In this document: positions 9,287 through 18,354 of the stretch, in pieces
How the letters are laid out: the number at the start of each line of letters is the position of its first letter
How positions within the stretch are numbered: position 1 is the stretch's first letter
Assembly: GCA_963664195.1 (NCBI GenBank)
Contig: OY760907.1
Location: 224,001 to 288,000, forward strand
Length of the DNA stretch: 64,000 nucleotides
Origin: an uncultured candidate division Zixibacteria bacterium
GTDB lineage: Bacteria; Zixibacteria; MSB-5A5; GN15; FEB-12
Reading direction: 5' to 3'
Program-made: the position numbers and the translations under genes
Notes under the pieces: model-generated
Told to the model about the DNA's origin: nothing
The model's database searches: none
Seen by the model: only the letters and a program-made list of their open reading frames with translations

Positions 9287-10903
9287 TCATCTCGCAATCA
9301 CTATGGTCTTTTTGATTGACTCCACACCCGAGGCCTCGAAACGCAGAATGTAAATACCAATTGGCAGGCGTCGACCGCCATCGTCGGTGCCGCGCCAGAC
9401 ATAGGCCTCCGACAGATCTACGGCATCCTTCTCGAGAGTTCGCACCAACCGTCCCTGACTGTCGTACAGACGCAGAGTATACTGGTCCGCCTCGGGCGCC
9501 AGAACCTCAATCACGGTCGAATCCTCGTAACCGTCGCCATCAGGTGAAAACACCTTCGGAGTAATCGTGATATCGAGATCACTCTGATCGTCGGTGGAGA
9601 AGCGGACCCGGTTTGCCTCGCCCGGCGTGCCGCCTTCGTCTTCGGAACGCCCCCAATCATTGCGACGGTCTTCGGTTTCACCGCGACTCCATGTATGGTT
9701 GTCGTCGAAACCTGCGTCATAGCTGAAACGGTCTGCCTCGACACCGTGGCCGTCGACCAAACGCACGACATCACCGCTGTTATTCAGCGAGGGCCATTGA
9801 TCCGGTTCATGGACCACGCCGGTGAATCCGGCATAAAAATCGTTGAACACAAAGGCGTCATCGGTGAGCACAATGTACTCTCCCGGGAGCACGATAAGAG
9901 CCGCGTCTGTCACTTCAACGAGGCTGATCGAGTCGCCGAGTTGCCAGCCTTCGAGATCGACCGGCTCGTCGCTGACATTTTTGATCTCCACCCATTCGCT
10001 GTTGAGGGCGCCGGTCGGATTGGGGAGAACCTCCGAGAGAATGAGCGGCGGATAGTCGGCACCTGGAGCAGTAAAATCGATGCGGTTGTTGGACAAACGG
10101 TCATCGTCATCGAGCACTGCGACCAGATCGGTGTATACCTCGGTGAACTGATACTGGCTGACGAGTATGACCGTGAATCCGGTGTCAATCGAACCAATCG
10201 CTTCCGTGGCGATCAGGTCACCAAGACTGTCAGGTGCGGTTTCATCGCGGTAATACAGTGATAGTGAATCGTCTGCGACGGTCGTCGTACCGCGATTGAC
10301 TATTGTGAATGCTATGCGGGTGAAGCCGTCGACGATAGATGGCTGGACTCCTTCGAGCGCAAGATCGCGCGGTAACGGGGTTACCGAGTTAATACGTCCT
10401 GGAGTTGAACCTGCCGGATCGACACTCTGCAGAATAGCGTCTGATTCGGGATGTGCCCGCTCCCAGGAAACACCGTCGCCGCCGCCTTCGGTCCATGCAA
10501 GGGATGACAGAACGTCGAGTATACGAACAAGATTCACGTACCCCGACGAGTTGGTCAATTGGAATGAATGCTCTTGCAGGGTGTAGCCGGATTCTGATTC
10601 ATGGTCCCCCCATACGCCTGAGCTGTCACCAAAATGCTCCTCGAACCGGATACTATCGCGACAGAGTATCAGAAAGGCACGAGCTGCCATCTGTCCGCTC
10701 AACGAGAAGCCGGTGCCATTGGCATCCAGGGAATACAAACCCAGGTTGGCCTGTGCCTCGGTGTCGTTGTATAGCTCGATCCATTCCAGCGAGGTCTCGC
10801 CGCCCGGTTCGTTTGATAGAACCTCATTGACCACCACCCCTGCCGCAACCAAACAGGGGGCGAGCACAATAAGCACGATAGAGCAGAGAAGTCTGTGAAT
10901 CAT
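9287..10903 (-). CDS. Secreted protein with two lamin-tail domains, a CARDB-like domain and a FlgD/T9SS type-B-like C-terminal domain
   Basis: VVVNEVL..EWIELYN and LILSEVLPNP..EWVEIKN, each followed by TPG..N; FSPDGDGYED...LYDSQGRLVRTL...GIYIL tail. Confidence 0.8.
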   Translation of the reverse strand: MIHRLLCSIVLIVLAPCLVAAGVVVNEVLSNEPGGETSLEWIELYNDTEAQANLGLYSLDANGTGFSLSGQMAARAFLILCRDSIRFEEHFGDSSGVWGDHESESGYTLQEHSFQLTNSSGYVNLVRILDVLSSLAWTEGGGDGVSWERAHPESDAILQSVDPAGSTPGRINSVTPLPRDLALEGVQPSIVDGFTRIAFTIVNRGTTTVADDSLSLYYRDETAPDSLGDLIATEAIGSIDTGFTVILVSQYQFTEVYTDLVAVLDDDDRLSNNRIDFTAPGADYPPLILSEVLPNPTGALNSEWVEIKNVSDEPVDLEGWQLGDSISLVEVTDAALIVLPGEYIVLTDDAFVFNDFYAGFTGVVHEPDQWPSLNNSGDVVRLVDGHGVEADRFSYDAGFDDNHTWSRGETEDRRNDWGRSEDEGGTPGEANRVRFSTDDQSDLDITITPKVFSPDGDGYEDSTVIEVLAPEADQYTLRLYDSQGRLVRTLEKDAVDLSEAYVWRGTDDGGRRLPIGIYILRFEASGVESIKKTIVIAR

Positions 10904-12543
10904 AGCTTTGCGATCAACTCCAATGATACGGTGGCACTGTGGCTGTCCTTGCTGTCTCGTCGATATGAATGAATCAGTTTCACGGCACCCTCAAGCCTCT
11001 CCATCAGTTGCTGCTTTCCACGGACAAAGAAGTACCAGTATTGGACGCCGTTGCTGTCGATCTCGCCGAGATTCGACCACGCCTCGATTTCGCCATTGCC
11101 GGGGAATCTGTACCGCACGGTCGTGAACAGGGAAACATTGTTGGGTTGTTGATTTTCCGCATCCAGACCAATATAGCTCCTGCACGAAAAAAGGCCAGAG
11201 TTGAATCTTGCCTGTAGTCTGAAACGGTGCCGGTTCCGATCCCCGAAAGAGCCGGAAGACGTCCGCTTTTCCCACGTTCCCAGATAGCCCAATTCCAACT
11301 GCAGTCGCGGACTGCATCGACTTATCAGCGTGCTGGAGTACTGGCGATTGCGGCGTCGCACGTCGACCTCAGCATACAGCAACGAGTTCTCGAATTTGAG
11401 GGCGTGAGCAAGTTCAACCACTGTCTTCACAAGCAGTCCCTCCTGGCCCCTGCGCCTGCTTGAGAATGTGAAGTCTACTGTCTCGATCGTGTCTGCAACA
11501 GTCAACGAAGCCGCCTTGCTTCCGGTGGTCAGCGCGACCGCATCGTCGCCGTAGGTCCAGGCCGCGTAACGAATCTCCGCACCCGCAAACCTGTGCCGAC
11601 CTTCAATGACACCGCTCAATGCGTGCGATCCGTTGCCGGACTGTCGGCTGAGTTCAACGTCCAGATGACCCGCACCATACAGATAGCGGTTGTACAGACC
11701 AACAGCAGAGAAGCTGACCGACTCACCGGTCTGTCTGTTCTTCAATCGATTCAGGCCGACAATCACACCCGGCCGCCATGATCCTTCAGAGTGTCGGAAC
11801 ATCGCAGCTGCGGATGTCAACGAGTGTGTCGAGTCTCGCACGATCGACGCCAGATTCTCGTACTTATAGGAACCCACTGCACCTTCGACACGTATCCCAT
11901 TGTAACCACCACAATCAGGAAATAAGATCGATTCGCTGTCGAATTCGCGCGAAAACGCCATCAGTTTACCACGATAACCAAACGCAGTCCCCAGACCGCA
12001 TCGCGTGATGAAAGAACCGAGGTCGACCTGGCGAATGAAGCCGTCCTTGCGACGGTATTGGAATGTTCGACCGACCAGACGTTCGGCACCGTTCGTCTCG
12101 CGGTTGATTCTGTAGTTGAAGCGATAGCGATCCCCCCAACGAATGTCCCCCGAGGTGCGATACCAGGATTCCTCCCCTTCCTCCAATCGCTGGTACTGAC
12201 GGTGTCGCAGCACGGCCGAGACGGTCGAGGTATTCTCTCCCCCCCCTGATGCGAAGCCGGCACGCTGATCCTCTTCAAGCGGTACGAGCATCGACGTATC
12301 GACCGGCCGGAACCAGGCCAGATTGGGGACTTCATCAAGAAGATACTGCGAGGTCGAGTCTATCCCGTTCTCGGCTATCTCCTGAAGAATGAGAAACTGG
12401 TAGTAGCTGATCTCCCCCTGCCGGAGGGCCTCGATCAGTTCATCTTCGGATGGAATAACAACAGTGGAAAGCTCCTGCGCCAGAGTATGGCAGTAGAAGA
12501 ACAGTACGATACAGACTGAGACACTCCCCCCGATGATTCGCAA
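10900..12543 (-). CDS. Predicted outer-membrane beta-barrel, possibly related to Bacteroidota ComEA/HhH-barrel proteins
   Basis: Signal peptide, short helical N-domain (LLDEVPNL), VDLGSF...GLG motif, long amphipathic beta region ending VSLELIAKL. Confidence 0.5.
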   Translation of the reverse strand: MRIIGGSVSVCIVLFFYCHTLAQELSTVVIPSEDELIEALRQGEISYYQFLILQEIAENGIDSTSQYLLDEVPNLAWFRPVDTSMLVPLEEDQRAGFASGGGENTSTVSAVLRHRQYQRLEEGEESWYRTSGDIRWGDRYRFNYRINRETNGAERLVGRTFQYRRKDGFIRQVDLGSFITRCGLGTAFGYRGKLMAFSREFDSESILFPDCGGYNGIRVEGAVGSYKYENLASIVRDSTHSLTSAAAMFRHSEGSWRPGVIVGLNRLKNRQTGESVSFSAVGLYNRYLYGAGHLDVELSRQSGNGSHALSGVIEGRHRFAGAEIRYAAWTYGDDAVALTTGSKAASLTVADTIETVDFTFSSRRRGQEGLLVKTVVELAHALKFENSLLYAEVDVRRRNRQYSSTLISRCSPRLQLELGYLGTWEKRTSSGSFGDRNRHRFRLQARFNSGLFSCRSYIGLDAENQQPNNVSLFTTVRYRFPGNGEIEAWSNLGEIDSNGVQYWYFFVRGKQQLMERLEGAVKLIHSYRRDSKDSHSATVSLELIAKL

Positions 12544-12546
12544 CTT

Positions 12547-13983
12547 TTACCTCAAATCGTATTTGGTGAGCTTTCGATACAGGGTGCGCTCGCCGATCCC
12601 GAGCCGTTTTGCAGTCTCTTTGCGATTGCCGCCGGTTTCTTTCAGCATCTGTTCGATCAACGCCTTTTCCATCTCTTCCATCGTCGAACCGGCCTCAAAC
12701 GTGGAGGCGCTGACATGGCCGCCGGCATCGGCTTCACTGGGAAGATTAGAGGTGATCAGCGTACGAAGCATTTTGATCTCGTTGCCGAGCGATATGATCG
12801 CCCGGTAGATCAATTCCTGGCCGGCCTCCTCTACGGTCTGTCCGGTTGAGACCGGAAGATGCTTTGCTCTGGTATGCTGTTCTTTGAGGAAGGACTCGAC
12901 ATCTTCCAGCTCGACCAGTCCGGTCGGTTTCAGAGCTCCCATACGGGAGGCAAAATTGCGAAGCTGCCGGACATTGCCCGGCCAGTCATAACGAGTCAGT
13001 TTATTCAGGGCAGAATCAGAGTAGTCTAAAACCGGATACTCCCGCCAGAAATGCTGCAGGAGCGGTTGGACATCGCCTCGTCGATCCATCAGCGGCGGCA
13101 CGATCAGTTTAACGGCGCTAATGCGGAAATACAGATCCTCGCGGAATTTTTTGTCCTCGATCGCCCTGGCCAAATCGCGGTTAGTCGCCGCAACGATTCG
13201 GACATTGGCGCGGCGAGGTTCGGACGACCCGACCGGATAATAGGTCCCGTCTTCGAGCACCCGGAGCAGTTTCACCTGCATATTGGGATTGGTTTCGCCT
13301 ATTTCATCGAGGAAAACGGTTCCCCCCTCGGCCTTGTGAAACAATCCTTCGCGCTTGGTCACCGATCCGGTAAACGCGCCGCGTTCGTGTCCGAACAGTT
13401 CTGACTCGAGGACGCCTTCGGCCAGCGCGCCGCAGTTTATGGCGACGAACGGCTTATCCTTGCGGGTAGAATCATCATGCAATGCCCGCGCCACCAATTC
13501 CTTACCGGCCCCGGAAGGGCCTACGACAAGAGCCGAAATGTCAGTGGCGGCCACGCGATTAATATTGCGGGCCAACGCTCTCATTTCACGCGAGCGACCG
13601 ACAATACGATAGCGCTCGAGCAGGTGTTTATCCTCAATGATCTGCTTCACCCGCTTGGCAATACCCTGCTGTCCGAGATCCAGCGGTACGGCACCATCGA
13701 AATACTCTGCCGGCACCTCGGCGGCAAAACGGTCGTTGACGAGTTTCCAAATGTCTGTCAGACCGCTGGGGCGTCGAAGTCTAGTAGCAACCGCCTGATT
13801 GAGAGCCTTGCGATGTCCTCCGACCAGTATCAGATCGATCTGGCGCTCTTTGACTATCTGGTAGAGTTGCGAGACCTCCTGGACAGGTACACCCACCTTC
13901 TCCCAGTCTATGGAGTTGACCTCTGATTCCTCGCGGTCTGTCAGTATCAGTATATTCTGCTGCATGATCGTTCTCTCACTCAC
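12547..13983 (-). CDS. sigma54-dependent transcriptional activator (degenerate receiver - AAA+ - Fis HTH)
   Basis: GPSGAGKE, ELFGHERGAFTGS, FLDEIGE, FREDLYFR, WPGNVRQL, GNRKETAKRLGIGERTLYRKL. Confidence 0.93.
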   Translation of the reverse strand: MSERTIMQQNILILTDREESEVNSIDWEKVGVPVQEVSQLYQIVKERQIDLILVGGHRKALNQAVATRLRRPSGLTDIWKLVNDRFAAEVPAEYFDGAVPLDLGQQGIAKRVKQIIEDKHLLERYRIVGRSREMRALARNINRVAATDISALVVGPSGAGKELVARALHDDSTRKDKPFVAINCGALAEGVLESELFGHERGAFTGSVTKREGLFHKAEGGTVFLDEIGETNPNMQVKLLRVLEDGTYYPVGSSEPRRANVRIVAATNRDLARAIEDKKFREDLYFRISAVKLIVPPLMDRRGDVQPLLQHFWREYPVLDYSDSALNKLTRYDWPGNVRQLRNFASRMGALKPTGLVELEDVESFLKEQHTRAKHLPVSTGQTVEEAGQELIYRAIISLGNEIKMLRTLITSNLPSEADAGGHVSASTFEAGSTMEEMEKALIEQMLKETGGNRKETAKRLGIGERTLYRKLTKYDLR

Positions 13984-16241
13984 CTACTTTTTTTCGGGCG
14001 GCTTCGTCCCCTGCGACTCTTGCTCGCAGCCGGGTGCTTTGCCGGCGACTTCTTTTTCCCCTTGGTCGTGGTCTGGACCTTCCTGGCGCCCCGCCGGCTT
14101 TTGACCGGAGCCGCACCAGACTTCGTCTTCCCTGAACGCTTGTCCACCACAAACAGGTCAAGCTCGCTTCGAAGCGTGTCGACTTTCATCACACCGACAC
14201 GGATACTGTCACCGAGACGGAAAGAGCGCTGGTTGCGGCGACCGATCATGCGATAGTTCTCCTCGTCGTAATAATAATAGTCATCATCAATCGAGGACAC
14301 TTTGACCATGCCTTCTACACCCATATTGTCCAGCCGGACGAAAAAGCCGTAAGCGGTTACACCGGCAATGACGCCGTTGAATTCGTCGCCAAGGTGGCGG
14401 GCCATGTAAGCCACCTGCTTGGTCTTAACGGCATGGCGTTCAGCCTTTTCTGCCACTCGCTCTGTCTCGGAACAGTGCTCGCCCACGTGGTCAATAGTAG
14501 AACCAACGCGTTTGGCGAATGCAGGCGGATAGTGACCGTTCTTGAGTTTTCGCAGCAACCGATGAACGAGCAGATCGGGGTAGCGTCGGATGGGCGAGGT
14601 GAAATGCGAATAGTGAGAGAACGCCAGTCCAAAATGGCCGATGTTGTCCCGCTGGTAGACAGCCTTCTGCATCGATCGCAGCATCAGCTCGTTGATAAAG
14701 TCTTCTTCGGGAACGCCTTTGACCTTGTCGAGAAATCGAGCAAACTGCCCCGGTTTCATGTTCTTCGTGACGGGGAATCGATGCCCCAGCCGGGCCATCA
14801 TCGAGGAAAACGCGTTGAGCTTCTCCAAGTCCGGTTTGGCGTGTACGCGGTACAAAAACGGTTGCGCCTTGCGGAATACTTCCAGGGCCACTGCCCTGTT
14901 GGCGGCAAGCATGAACTCCTCAACCAACCGATGCGCCTCCAAGCGTACGCGATTGCCCAGTTCCAGCACTTCCCCCTTATCGTTAAGGATGATCTTCGAT
15001 TCCGGAAGGTCAAAATCGAGCGATCCCTGAGCAAACCGATCCTTGCTGAGCAAGTGTGCCAGTTCACGGGCAACGGTGAGGTTTTCGGCCACACGCTTGA
15101 CCCGGTCATGAACAGGTTTGTCATCGAAAAAGTCCTGCACTTCTTCGTATGCAAGTTTTGCTTTCGATTCTATGATCGTGTCGGCCAACTCCCATTTGAG
15201 CATCTTGCCCCGTTTGTCAAACTCGATGAACACTGAATGTGCCGGGCGACGGCTATTCGGCTTGAGCGAACAGACGTTGTTCGAGAGCAACTCCGGAAGC
15301 ATGGGAATGACCATGCCCGGCAAGTACACTGAGTTGCCGCGATTAAACGCCTCGGTATCAAGCGCAGACCCCGGCTCGACAAAATACGATACGTCGGCGA
15401 TGTGTACGCCCAGACGATACCCCTGTGCGTTTTTCTCGACGGAAACGGCATCGTCATGGTCCTTGGCGTCGGCAGGATCAATCGTATAAACACACTCGTT
15501 GGTGAGATCGAGGCGCGGCAGTTCTTTGCTGTCGATGTTTTTAGCTGATGCGCGTTCGGCTTCCTGGAGCACCTCTGCCGGGAACTCCTCCGGGAGGTTG
15601 TGACTCTTGATAATCGTGAGCATGTCGACACCCGGATCAGTCGGGAAACCGAGCACTTCGGTGACTTCTCCCTCGGGATTACGATACGGGTCGTCCCAGG
15701 CGGTGAGTTTGACGACCACACGCTGGCCGTCCTCGGCCTTCATCGACCAGGCCGCCGGGATGTAGATATTCCGGTGGATGCGCGGGTTATCCGGCTCCAC
15801 GTAGAAAAAGTGGCGATCCGACTTGAAAATCCCGACGATGTTGCGATCGGTCCGTTCGATAATCTTAATGACCGAGCCGGCCTCACGCCCCATCCGCTCA
15901 CCGGTTAAACGCACCATTACTTTGTCACCGTCGAGCGCGGTCGACAATTGATTCGGCGGAATGAGAATATCCTGCTCCTCACCCTCGCGCACAAGGAACC
16001 CCGTTCCGGAGCGGTTGATCGAAATTGTTCCAACCAAAACGCCAAGCTGATCCGGCAGACCGATACGTCCGCGCTTAAGATGAACCAACTCGCCGGTTTG
16101 TAACAGCGCCTTAATCGCCTTGCGGAACCTGGCGTATTCTGGCTGGGGAACTTCAAGCGCAGCGGCCAACTCCTTCATCTTCATAGGATGGTCAGACTGC
16201 GATCGAATGTACTTCAGTATAGTCTCGGGGTTGTTTTCCAT
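13980..16241 (-). CDS. rnr: Ribonuclease R
   Basis: N-terminal wHTH, CSD domains, TIDPADAKDHDDA, HFTSPIRRYPDL, S1 domain and basic tail. Start taken at MENNPE (16241). Confidence 0.97.
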   Translation of the reverse strand: MENNPETILKYIRSQSDHPMKMKELAAALEVPQPEYARFRKAIKALLQTGELVHLKRGRIGLPDQLGVLVGTISINRSGTGFLVREGEEQDILIPPNQLSTALDGDKVMVRLTGERMGREAGSVIKIIERTDRNIVGIFKSDRHFFYVEPDNPRIHRNIYIPAAWSMKAEDGQRVVVKLTAWDDPYRNPEGEVTEVLGFPTDPGVDMLTIIKSHNLPEEFPAEVLQEAERASAKNIDSKELPRLDLTNECVYTIDPADAKDHDDAVSVEKNAQGYRLGVHIADVSYFVEPGSALDTEAFNRGNSVYLPGMVIPMLPELLSNNVCSLKPNSRRPAHSVFIEFDKRGKMLKWELADTIIESKAKLAYEEVQDFFDDKPVHDRVKRVAENLTVARELAHLLSKDRFAQGSLDFDLPESKIILNDKGEVLELGNRVRLEAHRLVEEFMLAANRAVALEVFRKAQPFLYRVHAKPDLEKLNAFSSMMARLGHRFPVTKNMKPGQFARFLDKVKGVPEEDFINELMLRSMQKAVYQRDNIGHFGLAFSHYSHFTSPIRRYPDLLVHRLLRKLKNGHYPPAFAKRVGSTIDHVGEHCSETERVAEKAERHAVKTKQVAYMARHLGDEFNGVIAGVTAYGFFVRLDNMGVEGMVKVSSIDDDYYYYDEENYRMIGRRNQRSFRLGDSIRVGVMKVDTLRSELDLFVVDKRSGKTKSGAAPVKSRRGARKVQTTTKGKKKSPAKHPAASKSRRGRSRPKKSR

Positions 16242-16559
16242 GTGGAACGATACATTCGTGCGGTGCACAAGTCAAGCAAGATTGGCACATTTGCGCCATT
16301 TTGGCAGAACGAACGCCGCATACCGGAAAGAGAACAGTCTTTGGCCGCACTTTCGCGGATTGTCTCGTTGCTCTGGTCTGACTGCTGAGATCGAGCCACA
16401 TGACGCGTCTGCCGCCAGTATCCGCATAGTCGACAACTAGGTCCCTTAACCCTCGTTTCTACAGGGTAGAGCTTGACATCACACGAAAAACCGCCATCTT
16501 ATGAGCAGGCACGCATCAACGACTCAGACAAACACAACAGATTGAAAGGCGGTATACCC

Positions 16560-18227
16560 ATGCAAGGCAATGGCGGTTTCACCTGTATGTTTGGACGCGG
16601 TGGATTCCTCGTACTGGCGGCGGTGCTCGTAGCCCTGTTCTTCTGGACCTGCGGTGATGACTCTTCAACCAACAATCCCGAAGACCCTCCGGCTAACAAC
16701 GGATCAATCGGTCCCGCCGGTGGCACCTTCACCGATGCAGCCAGCGGCGTAACCGTGGAGGTTCCGGCCGGTGCGCTCTCTACCGCTACGACGCTCACTT
16801 GTACGCACTACGCAGATCAGTCGGAAGTACCGGACAGTATGTGGTCGGGAGTTTTCGGAGCACTCGGAATAGTCTGTCTCGGGCCGGACGGCCAGACCTT
16901 CGATTCGGCCGTGACGATCACCGTGCCGGTCACAGAGACACTAACGCCCGGAGAACAATTCCCTTTGTTTGTGTGGAATACGGACAGCGACTCCTAGGAA
17001 CAGACCGAATCCATGTGCACGGCAAGTGGCGATGGCCTGTCCTATTCGGCGCCGGTCACACACTTCTCGTCTTTTTCCGCCGACAACGGATTCGGCGCTG
17101 ACGGCGCATTCGGTGATCTGGATCCGTCATGCTGGTTTGAGGTCGACGTAGCGTTCAACGGGTGGATCGGTGCTTTCGGCATGTCCATGATGAACAAGAC
17201 CCGAAAGCGGATGCGCGACTGCTGTATGAAATTGACCGGACGCGAGTTCACGTGCGACTACCGGGGGGCGGTAGATTACCAGAAGACCGAGGAGCTTGGA
17301 AACGTGAGTGACTACAACTATCGTGAACACATGGAAGTCACGCGGGGTGAAATCGGCTCTGCTTACTACCTGCACCTGGAGATAGAGCTGTTCTGGAGCT
17401 GCGATAATCCGGAGTATGTCATCCTCGAATCGAGCCGTGAGCTGATCGACCTCTCCAAAGACTTGAACAAAACGTCAGACATAAGCGTTATGTCGATCTG
17501 TGGACGGTATCGCATGCCGGGCGTGGAAACGCAGTTCACTGTCAGCGGCCCCGGATCGATTGCCCCTGCTACCGCCGTGACCGGAGCTGATGGATACGCG
17601 CAGGCAACATACACAGCCACAGATACCGGAACCGCCAGAGTCATTGGTACGGCTAACAGTTGTCTTGCCTGGAGTGATGCAAAAGCAAAAGCGGACACTG
17701 CCATCATCAAAGTCGACAGTTGCAGCAGCTTCTTTGTGTACGTTGAGTTGACGTTCGACCATGCCACCGAACACTTCGCGTTCCACGATGTAATCACCAT
17801 GTCCATTCCGCTCACTATCTCGGAGACGGGGGAAATCACCAGTACCGGAGGAGAAGGAACTCATGCCGCGAGTCTGGGCACGAGCGGCCCCGATTGCGAC
17901 GTGACCGCAGAATACGCACCCGATTTCACTGCCGCTGCAATCGGGCAGGTCACCGGACCCAATATGTATCTCACGATTGCTCCGACCACCGGATGGGCGC
18001 TCTTGTACGCCGTAACGTGCATTGTCGACGATAAACCTATGACCATCCCGATGCCGCCGTACAATTACCTCCTGCCGTCAATCATGGCCGGACAGATATT
18101 CAATGAATTTCCGATCGCCATGCAAAACGGCGCGTATGCCAACGGGTCAGGTCAAGATACACAATGGGGTGAAGACTACCCGATTACGTACACCTACTAC
18201 ATCAACGTGGGTTGCGATGATAAGTAG
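16560..18227 (+). pseudogene. ZU5-like/Ig-like lipoprotein interrupted by a single in-frame TAG at 16995-16997
   Basis: ORFs 16473-16997 and 17013-18227 share a frame. Lipobox-like FFWTC; ZU5-like IGPAGG..VEVPAGAL..LGPDGQTF..VTITVP..WNTDSDS*EQT..VTHFSSF reads through the stop. Confidence 0.8.
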
Positions 18228-18248
18228 GACTGGCTGCCCTGCCAGGTT

Positions 18249-18270
18249 GCCTCACCGCAAGCGGTGAGGC
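18249..18270. terminator. GC-rich hairpin downstream of the ZU5 lipoprotein gene
   Basis: GCCTCACCG-CAAG-CGGTGAGGC perfect stem. Confidence 0.5.
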
Positions 18271-18293
18271 GCAAAACACCTCAGCCCACCCAT

Positions 18294-18332
18294 AAGAAAG
18301 CGGTCGTCTCTCTTGAGAGGCGACCGCTTCTT
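18294..18332. terminator. Probable bidirectional terminator between convergent genes
   Basis: AAGCGGTCGTCTCTC-TT-GAGAGGCGACCGCTT with T/A-rich flanks. Confidence 0.75.
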
Positions 18333-18354
18333 GCATACAGGAACAAGTTATCTT

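Noticed and set aside
16995..16997. Genome-wide amber recoding
   Set aside because: TAG is the evident stop of conserved genes in this window and no other gene shows an internal TAG
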